The notes under the pieces are model-generated. The model had not been told where the DNA came from. It worked only from the letters and a program-made list of their open reading frames with translations, and did not search any database. From Candidatus Poribacteria bacterium (GTDB lineage Bacteria > Poribacteria > WGA-4E > WGA-3G): DNA of 64,000 nt. Each line of letters begins with the position of its first letter. Within the stretch, counting starts at the first letter, position 1. The stretch is taken from assembly GCA_965242965.1 (NCBI GenBank), contig OZ251518.1:448001-512000 (forward strand). The letters run 5' to 3'. Below, piece after piece: positions 37,748-47,447 of the stretch. The translations under genes and the position numbers were made by a program.

Positions 37748-37828
37748 GGGAGCAGGATTTCCAAGGTTACGTTTCACGTTTGATAATAGTTTGTCCAACG
37801 ATGATGGGATGCGAGGTGGCTGTCCTAC

Positions 37829-39334
37829 ATGAGCCGTAAACTCATTTTTCACACGCTCGGCAATTTATTAATGTCGCTTGCCGGCACCATGCTCCTGCCG
37901 GTGGTAGTGGCACTCTACTACCAGAACTGGGGTGGGCAGACAGAAACCGACCTGGGTGCGTTTGTGATTTCCGCTGTGCTGACATTAGTCGTCGGCTTGA
38001 TCCTCCGCTTCAGTGTGCGAGGACAGCAGCAGGAACTCGGCATCCGCGAGAGTTTCGCTGTCGTGGCGTTGGGGTGGATAATCGTCGCGCTCTTCGGCGC
38101 GTTTCCTTATCTCATCGCAAACGTGTTTGAAGCGGAGGGACGCACGCCGTGGACAGAATTCTCTTTCTGCTACTTTGAGTCAATGTCCGGCTTTTCGACA
38201 ACCGGCGCGACCTGCCTCACCGAAATTGAGCATCTCTCTCACGCTGTCTTATTCTGGCGGAGCTTCTCGCACTGGCTAGGTGGGATGGGCATCGTTGTCT
38301 TCGCAGTGGCGATTCTACCGATGCTCGGTGTCGGCGGTATGCAGCTCTTTCGCGCCGAAGCACCCGGCCCGCAAATAGAACGGCTCACGCCGCGCATCAC
38401 GCAAACTGCCAAACTGCTTTGGAGTGTGTATGTCCTCCTCTCAGCGATTGAAACGGTGTTGCTGGTTTTCGGCGGCATGTCGCTTTTTGATGCGCTGTGC
38501 CACACCTTCGGCACGATGGCGACAGGCGGGTTTTCCACTAAGAACCTCAGCATCGCGCATTACAACAGCGTCTATGTTGACATGGTAATCTGCTGCTTCA
38601 TGTTCCTCGCAGGCACTAATTTTGCCTTGCATTACCGCATGCTGCGCGGCGATTTCAAGGCATATTTCCAAGATACCGAATTCCGATTTTATTGCCTCGT
38701 CATCGGTGTCAGCATCGTTTTAGTCTCGTGGAATACCGTCACTTTTCCGGTTGACGGACAGATTCCCTACGATTCAATGTGGCCATCGTTGCGCGATGCT
38801 ACCTTCCAGGTGCTTGCAATTATCACGACGACTGGCTACGGCACCGCGGACTTTGAAAAATGGCCCTATCTCTCGCAGTTCATCCTCGTAACGCTGATGT
38901 TCTACGGAGGGTGCGCCGGTTCAACCGGCGGCGGAATGAAGCAGGTGCGGTTCTTGCTTTTGATTAAACAGAGCGGCGCGGAAATCAAGCGGCTCCTTTT
39001 CCCGCACGCCGTGCTGCCCATCCGGATTAACGACAGGGTGGTGCCACCGGAAGTGATGACGAATGTCCTCGGATTTTTCTTCTTTTTTATCGGCATTTTT
39101 GCTATTGTGACATGCGTGATGGCGACGCTGGGGATGGATTTGGTGAGCGCGGCGGCTTGCACAATTGCAACGATGGGGAATATCGGACCGGGGCTCGGCA
39201 CCGTAGGGCCCACGGATAACTACGCGCATATCCATACTGCTGGAAAGTTTATCCTCTCCTTCTGCATGCTCTTGGGACGTTTGGAACTTTACACCGTGCT
39301 GATTCTGTTTTCGCCGAATTTTTGGCGGAAGTAA
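37829..39334 (+). CDS. trkH: Trk system potassium uptake membrane protein TrkH
   Basis: FESMSGFSTTGA, WLGGMGI, TGGFS, TTTGY, GGCAGSTGGG.K, GNIGPG, GRLE. Confidence 0.96.
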   Translation: MSRKLIFHTLGNLLMSLAGTMLLPVVVALYYQNWGGQTETDLGAFVISAVLTLVVGLILRFSVRGQQQELGIRESFAVVALGWIIVALFGAFPYLIANVFEAEGRTPWTEFSFCYFESMSGFSTTGATCLTEIEHLSHAVLFWRSFSHWLGGMGIVVFAVAILPMLGVGGMQLFRAEAPGPQIERLTPRITQTAKLLWSVYVLLSAIETVLLVFGGMSLFDALCHTFGTMATGGFSTKNLSIAHYNSVYVDMVICCFMFLAGTNFALHYRMLRGDFKAYFQDTEFRFYCLVIGVSIVLVSWNTVTFPVDGQIPYDSMWPSLRDATFQVLAIITTTGYGTADFEKWPYLSQFILVTLMFYGGCAGSTGGGMKQVRFLLLIKQSGAEIKRLLFPHAVLPIRINDRVVPPEVMTNVLGFFFFFIGIFAIVTCVMATLGMDLVSAAACTIATMGNIGPGLGTVGPTDNYAHIHTAGKFILSFCMLLGRLELYTVLILFSPNFWRK

Positions 39335-39708
39335 TAGGCAATTCAGTTGTCGTTCGGGCTCGCCGGCAGCCCAGGCCAAACGAGTCACGCTCGGACGAGT
39401 TGATTTTCCTACAGAGACGATACAAATCAGTTTAATTTCATATTACGCAGAGTGAACTCGGAAGGCACATTAAGGACCTAAAGGCCCTTAGGGTTCTTCG
39501 CGAACCGATATGCTATAGACATGAAAGGTCTAAAGGACCTAATGCTATAAACATGCCTCTCCGAACGGAACTGAACAGCGTTTTTGCTAAATAAAAACCT
39601 TGATTTTATTTTTGGAATTTGTCATTATTCTATCAGAAACTTTATCCAAAACGTTGCGGGACGCGTTTCAATACGTTCCCGCGCAACATTACGAGGAGAT
39701 CTACGCTC

Positions 39709-42486
39709 ATGAAAAAGACGCTCATTGCCGTTTTGGTACTGCTCTTAACGGCCACGCTATTTATCACGAACACTACCGCACAAGAAAAAATCACCGGCCC
39801 GTGGCTCTGGATTATTGCGCCAACCGAGGCAAACGAAGGTGGTGCGAATTCCATTGATATTGATTCACTTGCGATTGCCAGCGGAGGCACTGTCACCGAA
39901 TCAGACATCGCCGCAAACGGTGCAAACGCAGGCGGCCGGATAGGGAATTTTGTTTGGACGCTCGGTGAGATTTCGGAGACAGGCGGAGACAATATCAACG
40001 AGTGCCTCAACCGCATCGGCATGATAAACGGCGACGTAAACGACCATTCCTCATACGCGCTATTTCAGTTTAAGGTAGACACCGCCTTGCACGGCGTGAC
40101 GATGCTCGTCGGCAGCGATGACGCTATCAAAGTGTGGCTTAACGGCAAAGTCGTGCATACCAATGCCGTTAACCGCGGGGCAGGCGACTTCCAAGACGAA
40201 TTCCAAGTCAATCTCGTCGCAGGCGATAATCTGTTGCTGGTGAAAGTCAGTGAGCGTGGCGGTGGCTGGAGCATGTTTGTTGGTATAGATGCCTTTCTAG
40301 GAGAAATTGGAGAAATTGTCTCCATACCGGATCTCAACTTAGCATCAGCGATTCGCGAAGCTGCCCAACTACCTTCCGGTACGCCAATCACAACACGGAC
40401 AATGCAAGGGTTACAGGGAATTCAAATCCGCAATCGCGGGATAAGAGACCTCACAGGTCTACAACTGGCGATGAATCTGCAACAATTGGTCTTGGAAGAT
40501 GAGTCATTGATAGCAGATTTTTCACCCCTTGAAAAATTGCCACAACTGACATCGCTATCTCTCAACGGCAGCGCTGTCTGGAATGTAGCTCCCCTAGCAA
40601 ATCTTACGCAATTGAAGGCACTGAGTCTCCGCGAAACCGCTATTGATTTGTCGTTTCTCGCCTCCCTTACACAATTAGATACACTGGATCTCAGCAGCAC
40701 GGGTGTTTCGGATGTGTCGCCGCTCGCCTCCCTCACACAGTTGGAAACGCTGGATCTCAGCAGCACGGGTGTTTCGGATGTGTCGCCGCTCGCGAGTCTT
40801 ACGCAATTGCAGACGTTGAATCTCGGCAGCACGGGTGTTTCGGATGTGTCGCCGCTCGCCTCCCTCACACAGTTGGAAACGCTGGATCTCAGCAGCACGG
40901 GTGTTTCGGATGTGTCGCCGCTCGCGAGTCTTACGCAATTGCAGACGCTGGATCTCCGTAGCACGGGTGTTTCGGATGTGTCGCCGCTCGCGAGTCTTAC
41001 GCAATTGCAGACGCTGAATCTCCGTAGCACGGGTGTTTCAGATGTGGTTCCTCTTGCAAATCTCACACAATTGGAAAAACTAGAAATCAACAACACCGGT
41101 GTGGTAGATGTGGTTCCTCTTGCAAATCTCACACAATTGAAAGCGTTGAATCTTGCCGGCACAGATCTTTCAGACATAGTTCCTCTTGCAAATCTCACAC
41201 AATTGGAATGGTTAGATCTCGGCAGCACAGATGTCTGGGATGTGACACCGTTCACAAGCCTTACACAGTTGGAGTGGCTGAATCTCACCAACACAGATGT
41301 TTCGGATGTGACATCTCTTACAAATCTCACGCAATTGAAGGTACTGAATCTCAATAGCACCGATGTAGCAGATATGTCACTCTGGGTCATAGGCAATCTG
41401 CGTCTGAAGAACTGCCCGCTGAGTTACACCACTATCCACACGTATATTCCCGCGATGCAGGCGAGGGGGATAGGGGTGGAATTTGACAACGTCGCGCATC
41501 CCGCCCTATTGAAAATTTCTGGCGATGGGCAGGAAGGCGAACTCGGGGTGCCGTTAGAAAAACCGTTTTTTGTGAAAGCGATGGCTGAACACGGTAAACC
41601 AATGGTAGGGAGAACAGTTCAATTTGATATCCTTGAGGGCCGCGGGACGCTCAGTTCCAACACCGTGAAGACAGATGCAAGCGGAAATGCACGGGTAACC
41701 CTCACGCTCGGTAGAACTACTGGGGTGAACAAAGTCAAGGCGAGTGTCGTGGGTATCCGTTCTTGGGTATTATTCACAGCTATTGCTATAGGGACGGCCT
41801 CCGAATTTGCGCTAGATGTGAACGGTGATGGCGTGGTGAATATTCTGGATTTGACAGCGGTTTCAGGTCAGTTCGGAGAGACTGGCGAAAATCGCGCCGA
41901 TGTGAACGGTGATGGTGCCGTTAACATTCAGGATTTAGTGTTGGTTGCGGGTGCTTTTGGGGAGGGCGCGGCTGCGCCGCCGGCGCGGGCGGTTTCGCAG
42001 GCGCGTCTGACTGCCTCGGATGTAGAGCGGTGGTTGGGTGAGGCGCGTGCCATAGGAGGGACATCCCTGTCCCGATATGAAATGCATCGAGACCAGGAGG
42101 TCTCTCCTACCGGGAAGAGTCAAGACCAGGAGGCTATCCTACAACTGCGTGGAATTGTGGCACTGGAGCAGCTCCTTGCTAATCTGATTCCGAAGGAGAC
42201 AGCACTGCTGCCAAACTACCCCAATCCGTTTAATCCAGAGACGTGGATACCGTATCAATTGGCAAACCCTGCGGAGGTGACGGTGACGATTTATGCGGCG
42301 AACGGTGCGGTGGTGCGGACTTTGGACTTTGGGCATCGGCGTGCGAGGAGTTATGCGAGTCGAAGTCGTGCTGCGTATTGGGATGGCCGCAATGCACAGG
42401 GAGAGTCTGTTGCAAGCGGGGTCTATTTCTATACGCTCACGGCGGGAGATTTCGCAGCGACGCGGAAGATGCTAATTTTGAAGTAG
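39709..42486 (+). CDS. Secreted internalin-like LRR protein with Ig-like, dockerin-like and FlgD/T9SS-A-like C-terminal domains
   Basis: SD GAGGAG + MKK signal peptide; GSDDAIKVWLNG beta domain; 22-aa LRRs; LLKISGDGQEG Ig-like domain; two DVNGDG.VNI.DL; NYPNPFNPETWIPYQL...YWDGRN..GE.VASGVYFY. Confidence 0.88.
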   Translation: MKKTLIAVLVLLLTATLFITNTTAQEKITGPWLWIIAPTEANEGGANSIDIDSLAIASGGTVTESDIAANGANAGGRIGNFVWTLGEISETGGDNINECLNRIGMINGDVNDHSSYALFQFKVDTALHGVTMLVGSDDAIKVWLNGKVVHTNAVNRGAGDFQDEFQVNLVAGDNLLLVKVSERGGGWSMFVGIDAFLGEIGEIVSIPDLNLASAIREAAQLPSGTPITTRTMQGLQGIQIRNRGIRDLTGLQLAMNLQQLVLEDESLIADFSPLEKLPQLTSLSLNGSAVWNVAPLANLTQLKALSLRETAIDLSFLASLTQLDTLDLSSTGVSDVSPLASLTQLETLDLSSTGVSDVSPLASLTQLQTLNLGSTGVSDVSPLASLTQLETLDLSSTGVSDVSPLASLTQLQTLDLRSTGVSDVSPLASLTQLQTLNLRSTGVSDVVPLANLTQLEKLEINNTGVVDVVPLANLTQLKALNLAGTDLSDIVPLANLTQLEWLDLGSTDVWDVTPFTSLTQLEWLNLTNTDVSDVTSLTNLTQLKVLNLNSTDVADMSLWVIGNLRLKNCPLSYTTIHTYIPAMQARGIGVEFDNVAHPALLKISGDGQEGELGVPLEKPFFVKAMAEHGKPMVGRTVQFDILEGRGTLSSNTVKTDASGNARVTLTLGRTTGVNKVKASVVGIRSWVLFTAIAIGTASEFALDVNGDGVVNILDLTAVSGQFGETGENRADVNGDGAVNIQDLVLVAGAFGEGAAAPPARAVSQARLTASDVERWLGEARAIGGTSLSRYEMHRDQEVSPTGKSQDQEAILQLRGIVALEQLLANLIPKETALLPNYPNPFNPETWIPYQLANPAEVTVTIYAANGAVVRTLDFGHRRARSYASRSRAAYWDGRNAQGESVASGVYFYTLTAGDFAATRKMLILK
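40655..41365 (+). repeat. 66-bp tandem repeats encoding 22-aa LRR units
   Basis: Near-identical units ctggatctcagcagcacgggtgtttcggatgtgtcgccgctcgc..., encoding LDLSSTGVSDVSPLASLTQL(E/Q)T. Confidence 0.92.
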
Positions 42487-42609
42487 TGGGACAGGCGGAG
42501 AGAGAAATCCGCCTTTACCAGACACCCGCATCTTGGAAATCTTTCTGCTAATCCTGAAGATCCTGATTCAGACTCTTAACGACAGAATAGATCTGACATT
42601 TATAGCCCT

Positions 42610-43251
42610 ATGAACACGCATAAACTCCGCAGAGAATACGCCGCCCACGGTGGGCTCATTGAGGAAAACGCCGCCAAAGAGCCGTTTGAGCAGTTCAAGC
42701 AATGGTTCGCCGATGCTGTCGCCGCCGAACTTGACCTGCCGGATGCGATGACGCTGGCGACTGCAACGCCAGATGGAATACCCTCCGCCAGGATGGTCGT
42801 CCTTAGAGGTTTTGATGCGAACGGCTTCTGTTTCTATACAGATTACGACAGCCAAAAGGGAAAAGAGCTCGCACAAAATCCGCACGCCGCGCTTGTCTTC
42901 TATTGGCGTGAGTTGGACCGGCAGGTGCGGAGCGTCGGTACTGTGGAAAAGATGTCGGTGGCAGAATCGGATGCTTACTTCGCGAGTCGGCCGGTAGGGA
43001 GCCAACTTGCGGTGTGGACAGAACGTCAAAGCCGCGTCATCGCCGGACGCGAGCATCTGGAAGCAGGCTTCGCGCGCGCAAAACAAACGTATGCCGAGGG
43101 GAATATCCCGCGTCCATCGGAGTGGGGTGGGTATCGGCTAGTGCCAACGCTGTTTGAATTTTGGCAGGGGTGTCCCAATCGGCTGCACGATAGGCTTTGC
43201 TACACGCTACAATCGGACGGGACGTGGGAAATGACGCGTCTTTCGCCTTGA
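42610..43251 (+). CDS. pdxH: Pyridoxamine 5'-phosphate oxidase
   Basis: LRREY, AMTLAT, ARMV.L, FYT.Y.S.KG, RQVR, YFASRP, EFWQG..NRLHDR. Confidence 0.96.
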   Translation: MNTHKLRREYAAHGGLIEENAAKEPFEQFKQWFADAVAAELDLPDAMTLATATPDGIPSARMVVLRGFDANGFCFYTDYDSQKGKELAQNPHAALVFYWRELDRQVRSVGTVEKMSVAESDAYFASRPVGSQLAVWTERQSRVIAGREHLEAGFARAKQTYAEGNIPRPSEWGGYRLVPTLFEFWQGCPNRLHDRLCYTLQSDGTWEMTRLSP

Positions 43252-43499
43252 ATTTCGTTTGCAAAATTTTTTTTCGTAAAAAAACTTGCAATAATTTTTG
43301 AAATATGCGAAAATAAAAAGCAGGTGGTAAAAACTTTAGTTAAATCTGTCTGAATTAATTGTCGGTAGGCGGGTATTCTCGGTCCCGGCACACCGAAGAA
43401 ATCGATGCCGGGCGGGTGCGACGACGGTGTTGCATCGAGACCGGGAGGTCTCTCCTACTGAGGGCACGGCTCTTCTACGGAGAAAATAGACGAGAACCA

Positions 43500-43868
43500 A
43501 TGTTAATCAATTATCTTCCGATTTTAATGTTAGTGCTTTTCGCAGTGCTTTTTGCGGCGATAAACCTCGCGCTGACCCATATTCTTGGACCGAAACGGCC
43601 GACGCACACGAAGTTGTCCGTTTACGAATCCGGCGTGCGCCCTGTCGGCGATGCGAGGCAGCGGTTTACTATCCGCTTCGACCTCATCGCGATGCTCTTT
43701 ATCATTTTTGACATCGAGGTGGTTTTCCTCTACCCTTGGGCCGTCGTCTTCAAGAAATTCTCGGCGGAAAGTGGGATGTTTATCTTTGTGGAGATGCTGG
43801 TGTTCATCGGCATTCTCCTGCTTGGCTATATTTATGCATGGAAAAAAGGGGGCTTGACATGGGATTAG
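43500..43868 (+). CDS. nuoA: NADH-quinone oxidoreductase subunit A
   Basis: [28 protein letters not shown]. The ORF-track extension upstream is REP derived. Confidence 0.96.
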   Translation: MLINYLPILMLVLFAVLFAAINLALTHILGPKRPTHTKLSVYESGVRPVGDARQRFTIRFDLIAMLFIIFDIEVVFLYPWAVVFKKFSAESGMFIFVEMLVFIGILLLGYIYAWKKGGLTWD

Positions 43869-44383
43869 ATTTTGGCGGTGCGCGGAACCTGTCCGCTGAT
43901 GGCGGCCCGGTGGACGGAAATATCATCACGACGACTATTGATAAGGTGGCGAATTGGGGTAGAAAAAACTCGCTGTGGCCGATGCCGTTCGGCACGGCGT
44001 GCTGCGCGATAGAGATGATGGCGACTTTGGCTGCCAAGTTCGATCTTTCGCGTTTCGGTTCGGAGGCGATCCGCTTCTCGCCGCGGCAGTCCGATCTGCT
44101 CATCGTATCCGGGCGCATCTCGATTAAGATGATGCCCGTGCTGAAACGCATCTATGACCAGATGCCGGAACCGAAGTGGGTTATCTCCATGGGCGCGTGC
44201 GCTTCCTGCGGCGGCGTGTTTGATACCTATACGCTCATCCAAGGCGTAGATCAGTTCATTCCGGTGGATGTCTACATCCCCGGATGCCCGCCTCGCCCGG
44301 AAGACCTGATTGACGCGGTGATACAGGTGCAACAGAAAATCGCCGGCGGCGAAGTGCCGAAAGGCGTAGAGGTGGCGGTATGA
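43859..44383 (+). CDS. nuoB: NADH-quinone oxidoreductase subunit B
   Basis: [39 protein letters not shown]. Confidence 0.97.
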   Translation: MGLDFGGARNLSADGGPVDGNIITTTIDKVANWGRKNSLWPMPFGTACCAIEMMATLAAKFDLSRFGSEAIRFSPRQSDLLIVSGRISIKMMPVLKRIYDQMPEPKWVISMGACASCGGVFDTYTLIQGVDQFIPVDVYIPGCPPRPEDLIDAVIQVQQKIAGGEVPKGVEVAV

Positions 44384-44922
44384 GCGAAGAACAAACCGCA
44401 GCCGAATCTCCGCTCGTCCTCCAGAAACTGCAGGAGCACTACGCGGACGCGCTATTAGCGCATAACGAGACGCAGGACGGCATTGCTGTCGTTGTCGGCA
44501 AAGAGAAGGCTTACGCGCTCTTGGAATACCTCAAGAACGAGGCGGAACTGGGGTATGCCTACCTCGTCGATGTCACGGCGGTTGACAATTCGCAGCTGGA
44601 ATCGGAGTTGGTGAAATATGATTACGCCCGGTTCATGGTGGTGTATCACCTGTATTCGTATCAGGGGCACTGTCGGGTGCGTGTTAAGGTGCCGGTGCAT
44701 GAACGGGATTTGCGCGTGCGTTCTGTCACGAGTTTGTGGAAGGGCGCGAATTGGTTGGAGCGCGAGACCTACGACATGTTTGGGATAGCGTTTGAGGGGC
44801 ACCCAGACCTCCGACGGATTTTGATGCCGGACGATTTCGATGGGCATCCGCTCCGCAAGGATTATCCGCTCCGCGGCCGCGGCGAGCGCGAGAGTTTCAA
44901 TTTTGAACGGCAGAACGTATAA
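44380..44922 (+). CDS. nuoC: NADH-quinone oxidoreductase subunit C
   Basis: [38 protein letters not shown]. Confidence 0.97.
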   Translation: MSEEQTAAESPLVLQKLQEHYADALLAHNETQDGIAVVVGKEKAYALLEYLKNEAELGYAYLVDVTAVDNSQLESELVKYDYARFMVVYHLYSYQGHCRVRVKVPVHERDLRVRSVTSLWKGANWLERETYDMFGIAFEGHPDLRRILMPDDFDGHPLRKDYPLRGRGERESFNFERQNV

Positions 44923-44991
44923 CGACATTTCTGACCGGGAGGCGGGACCGCCCCGATTTTGGGAGGGGATGTTGAGTGATAGGAGTCTACT

Positions 44992-46188
44992 ATGCACGCT
45001 GAGCTGGAGCGGGCGACTGGGGAGAAAATGGTTCTCAACTTCGGCCCGCAACATCCGGCGACACACGGCACATTGCGCATCGTGTTAGAACTGGATGGCG
45101 AATCGATTTTGAAAGCGACACCGCACCTCGGATACCTGCATACCGGATTCGAGAAGTTGGGGGAACATCTGGATTACAACCAGTTCATCGTCGTCACCGA
45201 CCGGATGAACTACCTGTCCCCGCTTTCCAACAACTTCGGGTATGTGCTTGCTGTGGAGCAGTTGCTCGGCATTGAGGTGCCGAAGCGGTGTCAATATATC
45301 CGCATTTTGATGGCAGAGTTGTCGCGGCTGGCAGACCATTTGCTATGGCTAGGCACTGCGGCTCTCGACTTGGGCGCGTTTTCGGTGTTCCTCTACAGTT
45401 TCCGCGAACGCGAGAAGTTGTATAGTATTTTTGAGAAAACGACCGGGGCGCGATTGACGACGAGTTACACGCGCGTCGGGGGTGTGCTACGCGACCTTTA
45501 CGCTGGGTTCGATGAAGACGTGCGGCAATTCATCACTAATTTCCCGAAGGCGTTGCGGGAGACGCATACGCTCCTCACGCGAAATCGTATCTGGATGGAT
45601 AGAACGAAGGGAGTCGGCGCGATTTCAGGCGAAGACGCGATTAATTACGGCATGACAGGCCCGTGTCTCCGTGCCACCGGTGTCGCGCACGACATCCGGA
45701 AGGCGGAACCCTACTCCTCTTACGATGAAATGACGTTTGAGGTGACGGTGGGCTCAAACGGCGATGTCTACGACAGGTATCTCGTGCGGATGGAGGAGAT
45801 GGTGCAGAGTTGCCATATCGTTCAGCAGGCACTAGATAACCTGCCTGACGGACCGGTTAACGTAGAGGATAACAAGATTTCGCTGCCGCAGAAGTCGGAT
45901 GCGTATGGGCATATTGAGGGGCTTATCCATCATTTCAAGATTATCATGGATGGGCACGGTGTGCAGCCGCCGCTAGGCGAGCACTATTGCGCGACTGAAT
46001 CGCCGAACGGCGAGCTCGGTTTCTATATTGTGAGCGATGGCAGCGGCACCGGGTATCGCATTCGCATCCGGCCGCCGAGTTTCCTGAATTTTCAGGCATT
46101 GCCGCACATGCTAGAAGGCGGCATGGTATCCGATACCGTCGCTGTGTTGGGGAGTTTGAACGTGATTGCGGGAGAGTTGGACCGGTAG
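44992..46188 (+). CDS. nuoD: NADH-quinone oxidoreductase subunit D
   Basis: NFGPQHPATHGTLR, GYLHTGFEK, DRMNYL, ESPNGE, GELDR. Confidence 0.97.
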   Translation: MHAELERATGEKMVLNFGPQHPATHGTLRIVLELDGESILKATPHLGYLHTGFEKLGEHLDYNQFIVVTDRMNYLSPLSNNFGYVLAVEQLLGIEVPKRCQYIRILMAELSRLADHLLWLGTAALDLGAFSVFLYSFREREKLYSIFEKTTGARLTTSYTRVGGVLRDLYAGFDEDVRQFITNFPKALRETHTLLTRNRIWMDRTKGVGAISGEDAINYGMTGPCLRATGVAHDIRKAEPYSSYDEMTFEVTVGSNGDVYDRYLVRMEEMVQSCHIVQQALDNLPDGPVNVEDNKISLPQKSDAYGHIEGLIHHFKIIMDGHGVQPPLGEHYCATESPNGELGFYIVSDGSGTGYRIRIRPPSFLNFQALPHMLEGGMVSDTVAVLGSLNVIAGELDR

Positions 46189-46270
46189 TCATCTGGCACA
46201 TCGGGCCCCGAGGTCTCTCCTACCGGAAAATTGAAACCGGAAGGCGCGCATACCAAAAAATTTTAAAAAG

Positions 46271-46299
46271 TTGACAATTTTTCGGTTTTTTGGTAAAAT
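46271..46299 (+). promoter_or_regulatory. Internal sigma70-type promoter ahead of the VOC gene
   Basis: TTGACA, 17 nt, TG-g-TAAAAT. Confidence 0.72.
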
Positions 46300-46331
46300 C
46301 CAACAGAGCAATTTGGGAGGGTTCTCTCATC

Positions 46332-46673
46332 ATGGAAATCGGAAGCATCATCCTTTTTGTTAAAGATATGAAGGGAGTGACATCGTTTTATCGGGATGTC
46401 GTCGGGTTAACGCCAGATGCCGAACAGCCGTTTCCTGCGCACCGCTTCTTTCGCTTTGATACTGGGCAGTGCAAACTTTGCCTACACAGTGCCAGCAAAC
46501 CGAACGAGGGGAGACAAAAGGTTGGCTTTCACGTTGAAAGTGTCAGTGCAGTGCATGCGGCACTGAAGGCGAAGGGGTTGCGTTTGCGTCCCCTGAAAAA
46601 CGAGGATGGACGCGCATGCTTTGATATTCGGGACCCCGAGAAAAACCGCATTCAGTTTTGGGGAGCCTATTAG
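46332..46673 (+). CDS. VOC (glyoxalase/bleomycin resistance) family protein
   Basis: IILFVKDM....FYRDVVG, F.VES, DPE.NRIQF; SD GGAGG. Confidence 0.85.
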   Translation: MEIGSIILFVKDMKGVTSFYRDVVGLTPDAEQPFPAHRFFRFDTGQCKLCLHSASKPNEGRQKVGFHVESVSAVHAALKAKGLRLRPLKNEDGRACFDIRDPEKNRIQFWGAY

Positions 46674-46793
46674 GGCAGCGCGCTAACCCGGCGCACCCCG
46701 AGCGTAGGAGAGACCTCCCGGTCTCGACTCCCCCGTAGGGCGACGCGCTGACACCGCGCACCCAGAGTGAAGAAAAAGACTAAGGAAAACTAG

Positions 46794-47312
46794 ATGTCAG
46801 AGGAACTCATACAAATTCAGCCAGCTTTTCGGTTTACCGATGAGAACCAACGTGAATTTGACGCGCTTATCGGGCACTACCCGGTGAAGGAAGCGGCGAT
46901 GCTTCCGACGCTCCATCTCGCGCAGAGGCAGGCGGGTTATGTCAGTCCCGCCGTGATGGCACACGTCGCGGAACTGCTAGAAGTCCCCATCATGAAGGTA
47001 AAGGATGTCGTGACGTTCTACCCGATGTTCTTTGAGGAGCCGGTGGGGGAGTATGTTATCCGCGTCTGCCACACGTTGCCGTGTGCGTTGCGCGATTGCA
47101 AAGTCGTGTTGGAGCATCTCAAGGCGAAACTTGACACCGATGTCGCTTCTGAGACAAACCTCGGGAAAGGCACAACCGCCGATGGAAAATTCACCTTGAT
47201 GAAGGTGGAATGCCTCGCGTCCTGCGATGTCGCCCCCGTTATCATGGTGAACGACGATTTATACAAAAACTTGACACCCGAAAAGGTGGATGAGATTTTG
47301 GATAATTTATAG
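46794..47312 (+). CDS. nuoE: NADH-quinone oxidoreductase subunit E
   Basis: VVTFYPMF, C-HTLP-C, ECLASC 2Fe-2S ligands. Confidence 0.95.
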   Translation: MSEELIQIQPAFRFTDENQREFDALIGHYPVKEAAMLPTLHLAQRQAGYVSPAVMAHVAELLEVPIMKVKDVVTFYPMFFEEPVGEYVIRVCHTLPCALRDCKVVLEHLKAKLDTDVASETNLGKGTTADGKFTLMKVECLASCDVAPVIMVNDDLYKNLTPEKVDEILDNL

Positions 47313-47447
47313 CGGGCCCGGTGGCGAGGGCCAGTCCCTCCCCCTGCCTGCCACTTGAAGTCCGTTATTGTTCAAAAGGCTATCGGGCTTCAAAGAAATT
47401 GTTATTGAACGTGAAACGTAATCCTGGAAATCTTGGAAATCCTGCTC

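Noticed and set aside
39470-39555. aaggacctaaaggccctt / ctatagacatg...ctataaacatg motifs as a regulatory RNA
   Set aside because: This looks like a degenerate member of another small palindromic repeat family, with too few copies here to define it.
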